From positions 1-58,850 of the forward strand of contig JAYTNB010000050.1 in assembly GCA_043748495.1 (NCBI GenBank): a stretch of DNA of 58,850 nucleotides, given 5' to 3'. A program made the position numbers and the translations under genes. Below the pieces are notes generated by a model. That model was given only the letters and a program-made list of their open reading frames with translations. It ran no database searches and was not told where the DNA came from. Within the stretch, counting starts at the first letter, position 1. Every line of letters begins with the position of its first letter. Positions 25,628 through 35,170 of the stretch are shown piece by piece. The DNA comes from a bacterium (lineage in GTDB: Bacteria > Patescibacteriota > Minisyncoccia > Phycocordibacterales > UBA9973).

Positions 25628-26024
25628 AATAATTTTTTATTTTTTCTACTTCTTCTTTTGTTAGGAAAAACGCATCGCGGTTTACAAACTTGAGTCCATT
25701 GTATTCGATAGGGTTGTGACTGGCAGTTACTATAATAGCACCGTCGTATTTATTTTTTCGAACAGAAAACAAAACAGTTGGTGTCGGCAGTATGTCGCCA
25801 TCTATAACATTTACATTTTTATTTTTGAAAAAATCCAATAAAGTATTTTTTATTTCAGGACCACTTTCACGTCCGTCGCGTGCTATCAATATAGTTGGGT
25901 TTTTATTTTCTTCTTGAATCAAACTCAAAAAAGCTCTGGTATAGTTTGTGGCGATTTCTATTGTTAGACTCTCGCCCCAGACACCGCGGAATCCAGAAAT
26001 AGTGAGTTGTGGTTGTTGTGACAT
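25617..26024 (-). CDS. glmM: phosphoglucosamine/phosphohexose mutase, domain I (N-terminal piece)
   Basis: ISGFRGVWG and the active-site loop VTASHNPIEYNGLKF. The ORF stops inside an A-rich tract. Confidence 0.8.
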   Translation of the reverse strand: MSQQPQLTISGFRGVWGESLTIEIATNYTRAFLSLIQEENKNPTILIARDGRESGPEIKNTLLDFFKNKNVNVIDGDILPTPTVLFSVRKNKYDGAIIVTASHNPIEYNGLKFVNRDAFFLTKEEVEKIKNYYGK

Positions 26025-26170
26025 ACATCGATTATAGCACCTTACTTAGCATTTATAAAAAGCTGTATTTATGGTATAAATAGGGTATTAATATTAATTG
26101 CTCGTCTTGAGACAATTAGAATTGAAATCCTATTTTCAAGCCTAGAGTCTACAGAGGAGCAAAAATAAAT

Positions 26171-28288
26171 ATGCAAAAAAAAGAATTTAGTTTCGAAATC
26201 GGAGGTAAAATTGTTCGCGCAATATTTTCAGACTTAGCAGAACAAGCCAATGGTTCTGTGATGCTCGAATGTGAGGGAACAGTGATACTGGCTACAGCGT
26301 GTATATCGTCGAGTAGTAAAAACAACCCAGGATTTTTTAATCTAACTGTCGAGTATCTAGAGAAGTTCTATGCTGCAGGAAAAATCCTCGGCAGTCAGTT
26401 TTCTCGTCGTGAAGGTAGGCCGAGTGACGCGGCTATACTCGCCGCTCGTGTAACAGACCGCACCCTCCGTCCACTTTTTGAACATCATATTAAAAACGCT
26501 CTACAAGTAATCATCACAGTTATAGCTTGTGGTAAAGCTGATCCAAAAACTCTCGGTATCAATGCGGCGAGTTTAGCTTTAGCTGTTTCTGATATCCCGT
26601 GGGCAGGTCCTATTGGTTGTGTACACATAAGTACAACAAAAGAAAATAAGGAACCACAAATAAACAATTACATACCGAGCTCTGACGAAAGTGTCTACGA
26701 ACTGGATTTACTTATTTGTGGAAAAGACAAAACGATAAATATGATCGAGGCGATGGCTTATGAATCTAAAAACGAGGACATGAGTAGTTACTTAGACATG
26801 GCACTCGCTGAAATAGAAAAGTGGGAAGAGTTCCAAAAAAATATTGTTTCACAGATCGGTAAAGAAAAGATGTCATTCCCTAAAATAGAAATCCCAAATG
26901 AAGTAAAAGAATTGTTTAAAGAAAAAATCCAAGATAGTTTAGATGAACATCTGTTCACAAAAGACGGCAAGAAGGTAACCGAACAATTAGAACAAACTTG
27001 GAAAGAATTGTTGAAAGAAAAATATAAAGAAGATGAGGAGATACTAAATGTTGGTTTCGATCATATGCACCATATCCTAGACAATATGTTTCATGAATAT
27101 GCATTAGAAAAAAACATGAGAGCTGATGGCAGATCTTTTGATCAGGTTCGTGGACTGTACGCACAACCAGGTAACATCTCCCCGATGTTGCACGGTTCTG
27201 GGATTTTTTATAGAGGAGAAACACACGTACTGTCGGTACTGACACTCGCTGGTCCTGATGCGATGCACACGATAGACGGAATCGAATCGAGTTACAAAAA
27301 AAGATTTATGCATCATTATAATTTTCCACCTTATTCAAGTGGTGAAACAGGTCGCGTAGGAGGACTAAACAGAAGAGAAATGGGACACGGTTTCCTAGTT
27401 GAAAAAGCATTGACTGCAGTTATGCCAGATAAAATAAATTTCCCTTACACTATTCGTGTCGTATCAGAATCAGTTGCTTCAAACGGTTCGACTTCTCAAG
27501 CCTCTATTTGTGCAACAACAATTGCATTGTTAGATGGTGGTGTACCAATAAAAAATCCAGTTGCAGGTATATCTATCGGATTGATGCTCGATGTAAAAAA
27601 TAAAAATAAATATGTACTCCTAACAGACATCCAAGGACCAGAAGATCACTACGGTGATATGGATTTCAAAATCGGTGGAACTGTAAATGGAATCACAGCT
27701 ATCCAACTAGATGTAAAAGTCGACGGGATTCCTGTAAATATTTTAAAAGATGCGCTCGACAAAGCTTTGTCTGCACGTATACAAATAATAGAAACAATTA
27801 AAACTGCAATTCCAGAGGCGAGAAAAGAAATATCAATTCATGCACCGAAAATAGTTGTCACAAAAATAAATAAAGATCAGATAGGACTCCTAATCGGTCC
27901 AGGTGGAAAAACAATAAATACAATTCGTGAAAAAACTAATACTGAAATAACAATCGAAGAAGACGGAACAGTTTACATAACAGGTCGTGGAACTGGAGCA
28001 GATGAAGCAAAAGCTATCGTAGAAGAAATGACTCACGAATACAAAATAGGTGACGAGAGTAGTGGTCAAGTCGTCAAGATAATGGAGTTCGGTGTTTTCG
28101 TAAAAATAGGAAACAATACAGAAGGACTCGTTCATGTTTCTGAGATGGCACCTTTCCGAATTGAAAAAATCTCTGATTACATAAAAGAAGGTGACATGGT
28201 AAAAGTTAAAATAATAAAAATTGATGAAAAAGGCAGACTAAATTTTTCAATAAAAGCAGTTGATGAAAAGTTCTTTATAAAAAAATAA
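26171..28288 (+). CDS. pnp: polynucleotide phosphorylase
   Basis: Two RNase PH-like halves (RPLFE, GHGFLVEKAL, GPEDHYGDMDFK), a KH domain (IGLLIGPGGKTINTI) and an S1 domain (GVFVKIGNNTEGLVHVSE). An SD sequence GAGGAG lies upstream. Confidence 0.96.
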   Translation: MQKKEFSFEIGGKIVRAIFSDLAEQANGSVMLECEGTVILATACISSSSKNNPGFFNLTVEYLEKFYAAGKILGSQFSRREGRPSDAAILAARVTDRTLRPLFEHHIKNALQVIITVIACGKADPKTLGINAASLALAVSDIPWAGPIGCVHISTTKENKEPQINNYIPSSDESVYELDLLICGKDKTINMIEAMAYESKNEDMSSYLDMALAEIEKWEEFQKNIVSQIGKEKMSFPKIEIPNEVKELFKEKIQDSLDEHLFTKDGKKVTEQLEQTWKELLKEKYKEDEEILNVGFDHMHHILDNMFHEYALEKNMRADGRSFDQVRGLYAQPGNISPMLHGSGIFYRGETHVLSVLTLAGPDAMHTIDGIESSYKKRFMHHYNFPPYSSGETGRVGGLNRREMGHGFLVEKALTAVMPDKINFPYTIRVVSESVASNGSTSQASICATTIALLDGGVPIKNPVAGISIGLMLDVKNKNKYVLLTDIQGPEDHYGDMDFKIGGTVNGITAIQLDVKVDGIPVNILKDALDKALSARIQIIETIKTAIPEARKEISIHAPKIVVTKINKDQIGLLIGPGGKTINTIREKTNTEITIEEDGTVYITGRGTGADEAKAIVEEMTHEYKIGDESSGQVVKIMEFGVFVKIGNNTEGLVHVSEMAPFRIEKISDYIKEGDMVKVKIIKIDEKGRLNFSIKAVDEKFFIKK

Positions 28289-28299
28289 TTAATAAATTT

Positions 28300-29169
28300 A
28301 TGGGAGAAGAAAAAAAAATAAATTACAATGATAACGAAATAAGAACCCTCCATACTTATACATCAGACATGGCGGATGCTATTCGAATCGATGATACTTC
28401 AGTTATAAAAATAGCTCTGGCAGAAAAATCAAAAAGAGAGAAAGAGGAGTTGTATAAAAAAGACGAAGGTACACCATTTGTTAAAACATTGTTGATGATA
28501 GGTGGACTGATTTTAGTAGGGGGATCATTAGTTGGAATATATTTCTTGTACAAGAATAGTCAAAATAAAAATACACCACCTAGTATAATTCTAAAAAATT
28601 ACAGCATCATACCTTTCGATAGTGAAAGTCATATTGATACAACAAAAGTAAAAATAAAAAATGACTTGGCGGAACTCATAAAAAAAGAATTAGAAAAACC
28701 TCAAGCGAATGAATCTGTTAGAAAAATAAATCTTGAAATTAATGTTGAAAATAAAAATATTGCAATAAATAAAGACTCTCTATTTCAACAAATGCAGTTG
28801 AGTGCTCCAGGCAGACTAACTCGATCGATCAAAGAAGACTATATGATCGGTAGCTACAAATCACATCTTTTCTTTTTATTTAAAAGTAATGACACAGAAC
28901 AAAGTTATACCGGGTTACTAGAATGGGAAAAAACTTTTTTATCTGACTTGTATCCATTCTTTAGTATAGAAATAAATGAGGATAATAAATTCCTATTGTC
29001 GAAACCACTAGAAGATACAATCATTGCAAACATAGACACGAGAGTACTAGTAGATCAAACTAAGAAAAGCATCCTCTACTATAGTATCATCGATAAAAAC
29101 AAGATAATCGTAACCGACAATCCTGAAGTAATCAAAGAAGTCATCAATCGTTTACTTATTAAAAAATAA
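28300..29169 (+). CDS. hypothetical single-pass membrane protein
   Basis: TM helix LLMIGGLILVGGSLVGIYFLY. No other motif recognised. Confidence 0.5.
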   Translation: MGEEKKINYNDNEIRTLHTYTSDMADAIRIDDTSVIKIALAEKSKREKEELYKKDEGTPFVKTLLMIGGLILVGGSLVGIYFLYKNSQNKNTPPSIILKNYSIIPFDSESHIDTTKVKIKNDLAELIKKELEKPQANESVRKINLEINVENKNIAINKDSLFQQMQLSAPGRLTRSIKEDYMIGSYKSHLFFLFKSNDTEQSYTGLLEWEKTFLSDLYPFFSIEINEDNKFLLSKPLEDTIIANIDTRVLVDQTKKSILYYSIIDKNKIIVTDNPEVIKEVINRLLIKK

Positions 29170-29184
29170 TGTTAAAATAAATAT

Positions 29185-29532
29185 ATGGACACTACAAAAA
29201 CAAAACTACAAGAAGAAAAGAAATTATTAGAATCTGAAATGGGATCACTCGGAAGAAAAGACTCACAAACAGGTCAGTGGGACACAACCTTACCAGAACA
29301 AACAGAGGAAGCAAAGGAGGAGAATGAACTAGCAGATAGAGCAGAAGAATACCAAGAAAGAGGATCAACTCTCGAGGTCCTAGAACAAAGACTCTTGGAT
29401 GTAAATCGCGCACTTGAATCAATAGAAAATGGAACTTATGGAATTTGTTCTATATGTCAAAACAAAATAGAAGAAGACAGACTAGAAGCCAATCCTGCGG
29501 CAAATACATGTAAAGCATGTATGGAGAAATAA
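29185..29532 (+). CDS. DksA/TraR-family C4 zinc-finger protein
   Basis: Coiled-coil N-terminus and CSICQNKIEEDRLEANPAANTCKAC (CxxC-N17-CxxC). Confidence 0.85.
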   Translation: MDTTKTKLQEEKKLLESEMGSLGRKDSQTGQWDTTLPEQTEEAKEENELADRAEEYQERGSTLEVLEQRLLDVNRALESIENGTYGICSICQNKIEEDRLEANPAANTCKACMEK

Positions 29533-29545
29533 AAGTATTTTTATA

Positions 29546-29576
29546 AACAACACACCTTGACGGGTGTGTTGTTTTA
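29546..29576 (+). terminator. rho-independent terminator
   Basis: AACAACACACC-ttgacg-GGTGTGTTGTT followed by TT. Confidence 0.7.
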
Positions 29577-29619
29577 ATGAAATAATGTAATAAAATTTCC
29601 AACGTTAATCTTTTAAAAA

Positions 29620-30291
29620 ATGAAAAAGGCTAGATTTTTTTTCTTGCTAATTTACTTGGGGCTTTTTTTAAGCTTCGAGAATAAAGAGATACTTTTCGGA
29701 ATAGACATCTCTCACTATCAAGGGGAAATTGATTGGGAAGAAGTTGTTCGAGACAGTAGTATTTCTTTTGTAATTACACGCTCTACTATGGGTGATGACA
29801 GAAAAGACAAACTTTTCAATAAGCACATCAAAGAAATTAGAAAACATGGTTTCATAGTAGGGATATATCACTATTATGATCCAAATGAAAATTCTACTAA
29901 ACAGGCAAATAATTTTATTCAAACAGCGAAGTTATTACCTGGGGATTTGGCACCGATTCTCGACATTGAGAGAATGCCGAGAAACAAAGACAAGAAAAAA
30001 TTTATAGCTGATATCAAGAATTGGCTTTATATTGTAGAGAAAAAATATAAAACAAAACCAATGATTTATACTTATCTGAAGTTCTACAATCATAATTTAA
30101 AAAAAGACTTTGGGAAGGATTATCCTTTATGGATTGCTGTTTATAGTGATTCACTGCAAGCTACAATTTCAGAGGACTGTCATATGATCCAATGTTCTAA
30201 CAAAGAAAAAATAGCTGGAATCAAAAACCATGTTGATGGTAATGAAATCACAGCTCATAAGTTAAAAGAACTATTAATAAAATTAAACTAA
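29620..30291 (+). CDS. glycoside hydrolase family 25 lysozyme (muramidase)
   Basis: Signal peptide, then GIDISHYQGEIDWEEV, FVITRSTMG and GIYHYY. Confidence 0.82.
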   Translation: MKKARFFFLLIYLGLFLSFENKEILFGIDISHYQGEIDWEEVVRDSSISFVITRSTMGDDRKDKLFNKHIKEIRKHGFIVGIYHYYDPNENSTKQANNFIQTAKLLPGDLAPILDIERMPRNKDKKKFIADIKNWLYIVEKKYKTKPMIYTYLKFYNHNLKKDFGKDYPLWIAVYSDSLQATISEDCHMIQCSNKEKIAGIKNHVDGNEITAHKLKELLIKLN

Positions 30292-30363
30292 AGAAATAAA
30301 AAATATCACGAAAACTCGTGATATTTTATTTGTTATTTATTTTTTAAGTTATATAATATATAT

Positions 30364-31938
30364 ATGTCATTTGCACGAGTATACAGTGCTCAAACACATC
30401 TCTTGCGAGGAAAAGTCGTAACAGTCGAAGTCGATATTACGAAAAACACCTTGCACACTTTTACGCTTGTTGGTCTACCGGACAAAGCGGTTGGTGAATC
30501 AAAAGACCGGATGAGCTCAGCGCTCAAAAACTCTGGCTATTTATCTCCTAAAAATCAAAACCAAAAAGTTGTCATATCATTATCTCCAGCAGAATTAAAA
30601 AAAGAAGGTCCTTATTTCGATTTGGCTATAGCGCTCGCTTATTTACTTTCAGCCGATGAAATAGATTTCGACCCTAAGGATCGGATATTTTTAGGAGAAC
30701 TCTCCCTTAATGGTGAGATACAACCGCTCAATGGGATACTACCATTAACTCAAGAAGCTAAGAAGCAAGGATTCAAAGAGATATTTGTCCCTTATAAAAA
30801 TGCAAAAGAGGCAGCTTGTGTTTCGGGTATAACAGTCTATGGTTGCAAAACTTTAAAAGAAGTCATCGAACATATATATAAAATAAAACACGACAAACAA
30901 GGTAATCCTCTCGAGAAAGAAAGACCGAAAATTATCCCAACAGAAGAAACTCAAATCCAAAAGAAAAACAAAAAATATGATATCGATTTCTCAGATATAA
31001 AAGGTCAAGAAGGTGCCAAAAGAGGACTAGAGATCGCTGCTGCTGGTGGACACAATATAGCTCTCTCGGGACCTCCGGGCACAGGTAAGACAATGCTTGC
31101 TCGCGTCTTTTCACATTTATTACCAGAACTAGACAATGAGGATATATTAGAAATAACTGGGATACATTCTGTGGTTGGGATGCTCGAGGAAAGTCTAATA
31201 ACGGAACCGCCATTTCGAGCTCCACATCATACTGCAAGTTATGTTTCGATGATTGGTGGTGGCGCCAATGTAAAACCAGGAGAAGTAACTCTTGCTCATA
31301 AAGGAGTATTGTTTCTAGATGAATTTCCAGAATTTGAAAAGAAAGTTCTAGAAGCTATGCGTCAACCTCTCGAAGATAACATCGTATCTATCTCCAGAGC
31401 GCGAGGGTCAGCTATATTTCCATCGAATTTCATTTTAGTTGCTGCGATGAACCCATGTCCTTGTGGTAATAAAGGCAACAAAGACAAAAAATGTATTTGC
31501 AAACCATACGACTTGGACCGATATAATCGTAAAATATCAGGACCTATTATAGACCGTATAGATATGTGGGTGACTGTTTCAAATGTAGATTACAACAAAC
31601 TATCTGATGAAACAATGAGTGGAGAAGAAACCCAAACCATAAAAGACCGTGTTTCAAGTGCACGTCAAAAACAAAATACTCGATTTAAAAATGCTCCACG
31701 AAAAATAAAAACCAACAGCGACATGAATGCCAAAGATCTAAATATTTACGCTAAACTCGAAGAGAGTGTTGTACAACTTTTAAACACTAGTGCTACTAAA
31801 CTTGCCCTTTCTGCACGGGCATACCACCGAGTTATAAAACTCGCTCGCACGATTGCCGACCTAGAAAACTCTGACAACATAACAGAGAACCACATCCTCG
31901 AAGCTCTCCAATACAGACCACGCATAAACACACAATAA
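30364..31938 (+). CDS. comM: YifB/ComM family Mg-chelatase-like AAA+ protein
   Basis: Lon-protease-like N-domain, Walker A GPPGTGKTMLA, Walker B VLFLDEF and a Cys cluster NPCPCGN. Confidence 0.92.
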   Translation: MSFARVYSAQTHLLRGKVVTVEVDITKNTLHTFTLVGLPDKAVGESKDRMSSALKNSGYLSPKNQNQKVVISLSPAELKKEGPYFDLAIALAYLLSADEIDFDPKDRIFLGELSLNGEIQPLNGILPLTQEAKKQGFKEIFVPYKNAKEAACVSGITVYGCKTLKEVIEHIYKIKHDKQGNPLEKERPKIIPTEETQIQKKNKKYDIDFSDIKGQEGAKRGLEIAAAGGHNIALSGPPGTGKTMLARVFSHLLPELDNEDILEITGIHSVVGMLEESLITEPPFRAPHHTASYVSMIGGGANVKPGEVTLAHKGVLFLDEFPEFEKKVLEAMRQPLEDNIVSISRARGSAIFPSNFILVAAMNPCPCGNKGNKDKKCICKPYDLDRYNRKISGPIIDRIDMWVTVSNVDYNKLSDETMSGEETQTIKDRVSSARQKQNTRFKNAPRKIKTNSDMNAKDLNIYAKLEESVVQLLNTSATKLALSARAYHRVIKLARTIADLENSDNITENHILEALQYRPRINTQ

Positions 31939-31968
31939 AAAAAAGAAACCTAATGGTTTCTTTTTTTA
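31938..31968. terminator. bidirectional terminator
   Basis: AGAAACC-taat-GGTTTCT flanked by an A-run and a T-run. Confidence 0.75.
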
Positions 31969-32232
31969 TGTTTTCTTTTTCTTATTCTTTTTATTTACTT
32001 TAGAAGCTGGTTTAGGTGAATGTGGTGCGGTTTCCAGTGTTATAAGTGGTGGATTGGCGATAACTTTTTTTACAGATTTCTTTTTTGCTACCTTTTTCTT
32101 TGTAGCAGGTTTTTTACTTACTGTTTTTTTTGCAGTTGTTTTAGTTGGTGTTTTTGCCACAGCAGAAACTTCTACTACTGGTGTAATAAATAAAATAAAT
32201 ATTATTAAAATAGAAAAGATTTTTTTAAGCAT
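31966..32232 (-). CDS. small secreted Lys-rich protein
   Basis: Signal peptide MLKKIFSILIIFILFITPVVEVSA followed by KKx-rich low complexity. Confidence 0.45.
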   Translation of the reverse strand: MLKKIFSILIIFILFITPVVEVSAVAKTPTKTTAKKTVSKKPATKKKVAKKKSVKKVIANPPLITLETAPHSPKPASKVNKKNKKKKT

Positions 32233-32233
32233 A

Positions 32234-33328
32234 TTAGTTATTTAAACTACTACTATTGGCACCTTTTGGTAAACTACTGTATGGATTACGTAATGTTCCA
32301 CGGAAGCCGATGTGTACATGCGGACCAGTAGAACGACCGGTTGAACCAACATAACCGATGACATCACCGCGTTTAACCACGTCTCCAGATTCAGAAACAA
32401 CGCGACTCATATGACCCAATATAGCCTGACGTCCATCTTCGAAGTTTATAACTACATACAAACCATAACCACCGTTGTAGCCACTAGGACGAGCGATCAG
32501 CACAGTACCGTCTTGGATAGCGTATATCGGTGTACCTTTTGGCGCTCCGAAATCATAGGCTTGGTCGTCGTGCAATCCTTGGGTTACGACCCCTGTACCT
32601 TTTGGAAACGGCCAGATATAACCACCTTTTATGGTACCGGATTGTTCTCCTTTATCAGAAGAATCATCTTTTTTGTCTATCTTTACTTCATCTGGTGAAT
32701 CATCTTTTTTATCAATTATTTCTTCTTTTTCAGGTTGCTTTTCAGATTGTTTTTCAGGAGCTTCATCTGTTTTATCTAAAGCTTGCTTTTTCTTTTCTGC
32801 TTCAGCTTTCTTTTTTTCTAAAGCAAGCTCTTTAGCTTCTTTTTCTAAAGCTTTCTTCTTGTCTTGTTCTTTAATTTTATTTTCGTCTTTTTTAACACTC
32901 TTTGTTGGTAAAATAACCAGAGTTTGACCAGCTTTTGTTAAATCAGCCTTCTTTATATCAGCATTTGAAGCTAGGATAGCTTTTTCATCAACACCGAACT
33001 TTCGAGCAATAGTCTTTAAAGTATCACCTTCTTTGACCACATAGACATCGATTTTTTCTTCAGATGCGTTTTTTTCTAGATCATATTCCTCACCTAAGGG
33101 TGTCGGCGCCACAGCTAATGCTTCGTCTGACTCTATATCAAAATAAACTTCTTTCGCATTTTTAACATCTGGATTTAAAGAAGGACTTGTTTCTAATAAC
33201 TTCATGTTCTGAGAATTACGAACAGGCTTGTTTGCTTTGTCCAATTCTTCCGCCTTGGCTTCAAATCCTAAAAACAGGTCTTTGAAAGACGAAAAGAATG
33301 AAGCCTGAGCGTAATTTGGCTTGGACAT
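32234..33328 (-). CDS. LysM + M23 (LytM-type) peptidoglycan endopeptidase; the true start is probably upstream of the first ATG
   Basis: LysM block YVVKEGDTLKTIARKFGV. M23 blocks HDDQAYDF, GHMSRV and GSTGRSTGPHVHIGF. See the finding on the missing start codon. Confidence 0.88.
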   Translation of the reverse strand: MSKPNYAQASFFSSFKDLFLGFEAKAEELDKANKPVRNSQNMKLLETSPSLNPDVKNAKEVYFDIESDEALAVAPTPLGEEYDLEKNASEEKIDVYVVKEGDTLKTIARKFGVDEKAILASNADIKKADLTKAGQTLVILPTKSVKKDENKIKEQDKKKALEKEAKELALEKKKAEAEKKKQALDKTDEAPEKQSEKQPEKEEIIDKKDDSPDEVKIDKKDDSSDKGEQSGTIKGGYIWPFPKGTGVVTQGLHDDQAYDFGAPKGTPIYAIQDGTVLIARPSGYNGGYGLYVVINFEDGRQAILGHMSRVVSESGDVVKRGDVIGYVGSTGRSTGPHVHIGFRGTLRNPYSSLPKGANSSSLNN

Positions 33329-33675
33329 TAGAGCGATAATAGCTAATGCACTTAAAACAAGCTTTTTACTAAAAAACTTGTTTAGAGAGGTTATGGACTT
33401 CTTTGCCGATTTTTGACTGTCAAAATCTGACGCAGAATTTTTAATTTTAGGTTTTATAAAGTCTTATTTGGTGACTATTACTTCTACAGTATATAGTCGT
33501 TACGATCGTTGCGGTTTATCTGTCGTATATGTCATGCCTCTGTGTCGGGAATAGGGTGTTTGAATTAAAAAACCCTACATATATAGGGTAACCCATACGC
33601 TAAAATGAGTCAACCAGATACCCCCATCTTTTCCACACCTCCTCATATACCCCTAAACAAAAGGGTCTTTTGCTA

Positions 33676-33705
33676 TTGACAAATAGCATATTATTGTGCT
33701 ATAAT
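33676..33705 (+). promoter_or_regulatory. near-consensus sigma-70-type promoter (TTGACA-18 nt-TATAAT) with a ~85-nt structured leader
   Basis: TTGACA at 33676-33681 and TATAAT at 33700-33705. The leader contains an imperfect long hairpin CTATCGTAA..GGATAAA / TTTATCC.TTACG.GATAG. Confidence 0.6.
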
Positions 33706-33793
33706 ACTACCAATATACAAATCCTATCGTAAATAAGGATAAACCATTTAAAAAAATGCTTTATCCGTTACGGGATAGAGCTCTTTTAAAATT

Positions 33794-35074
33794 ATGAAAA
33801 AAATCTTTTTGGGTGGTCTAGTGATCACCATTGTCTCATTATTGATATCAGTAATCGGCTTGAAAACAGCTGGCTATAATGATATCAAAATCCCTCAGAG
33901 AGTCTGGGTGGATGGTAGTTTTGAACCGTTAGGCATTTTGACTCCACTACAGGTGGAAGGCACAAAAAGCCAAACTAACAGCGATAGCATAGTTGTTACC
34001 CAAAGTTATGTTTGGGGTCAAGGTTTTAAAACAGTAGCCATGCAGTATGGCGAAGCGAAAAAAACAGCCGAGTGGGCTGACTCATTAGCTGAGGGGCTAG
34101 GAGCAAAAAGGAGTTCGATAGACTATTTCTACGGGGAGTCAAGGTTGGCTAAAGCGGCCCACGGGAATGATTTAGAAGAGCTTTTAGCTGGCAAGACTTT
34201 CACTAAAATGGAAGTAGTTGGCTACGCTTCTCCAGAAGCGGGAACTGCTTCATCGCTTTTAAAAGGAGCGGTAGATGCGAAGAATATCGATCTTGCGGAA
34301 GCAAGAGCCAAGATGACAGAAACAATGATCAAAGATTTGTTTTTGATAAATGGTAATGATGTTTCAGGCATCAAAAGCACTACAAAAGGTGAGGAGCTTC
34401 AGTTGCCACTTGCGATGGCGGATGGTCTTGCAACAAAAGCAGGGTTTGAGGCGGTGAAAGCTTCGAACAGATCAGGAAAAGACACTTTGGGCTTCAACGC
34501 TCACAGTGAATTGTCTAAATTGCGTTTTACTTCTGTGAAATTAAATTACACAGATAAAACACAAAAGACAATGGTTGTAACTCAACCATTTTTACTGCCA
34601 CTGCTTTTGTTGTGGTTGTTATGGAATCTTTTAAAAAGGATTCCGAGAATTGGAACTCCGAACCTTAAAACTCCTTCGTTACCACGTTGGAGATGTAGAA
34701 TGCCAAGAATTTCTTGTGGACCTTGGTCATGGCCAAATTGTGGAACTTGGAACTGTAATTTTAATTGGTGTAAATGGCCATCATGTGGTTCATTACCAAA
34801 TTTTAAATGCAGTCCATGTGACTGGTCTTGGTTGTGCTTCCCGTGCTTTAATTGCACGTGCACACCACCGCCACCACAAGAGGATGGGCCATGTTGTTGC
34901 TATCGAAAAATGCGTAATGGCAAAAGACGATGGCGACTATGGGTCTGTGTAGCACGCTTCTTTGGAAGACCATTTGTATTGTGGCTACGGCAACGATGCA
35001 TCTGCTGTCTTTGGAAAGTGCTGCTACTACTAAGTGCAGCACTGAACATCTGGTTCTACATGAACCGATGTTAA
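33794..35074 (+). CDS. membrane protein with an OmpA-like peptidoglycan-binding motif; the C-terminal ~170 codons are doubtful (frame problem)
   Basis: N-terminal TM helix, then VVGYASPEAGT...NIDLAEARAK (OmpA/MotB-type motif) and a hydrophobic segment. A tail of about 128 residues follows with 20 Cys and 13 Trp. See the finding. Confidence 0.5.
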   Translation: MKKIFLGGLVITIVSLLISVIGLKTAGYNDIKIPQRVWVDGSFEPLGILTPLQVEGTKSQTNSDSIVVTQSYVWGQGFKTVAMQYGEAKKTAEWADSLAEGLGAKRSSIDYFYGESRLAKAAHGNDLEELLAGKTFTKMEVVGYASPEAGTASSLLKGAVDAKNIDLAEARAKMTETMIKDLFLINGNDVSGIKSTTKGEELQLPLAMADGLATKAGFEAVKASNRSGKDTLGFNAHSELSKLRFTSVKLNYTDKTQKTMVVTQPFLLPLLLLWLLWNLLKRIPRIGTPNLKTPSLPRWRCRMPRISCGPWSWPNCGTWNCNFNWCKWPSCGSLPNFKCSPCDWSWLCFPCFNCTCTPPPPQEDGPCCCYRKMRNGKRRWRLWVCVARFFGRPFVLWLRQRCICCLWKVLLLLSAALNIWFYMNRC

Positions 35075-35088
35075 TAATATAAAAAGCT

Positions 35089-35118
35089 GAAGGCCTGGCA
35101 AATGTCAGGCCTTTTTTG
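35089..35118 (+). terminator. strong rho-independent terminator
   Basis: AGGCCTG-gcaaatgt-CAGGCCT followed by TTTTTT. Confidence 0.85.
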
Positions 35119-35170
35119 TTGTTGCCTATTTTGTTTTTAGACAATGTATTGTATAATTTAAGTACAAATT

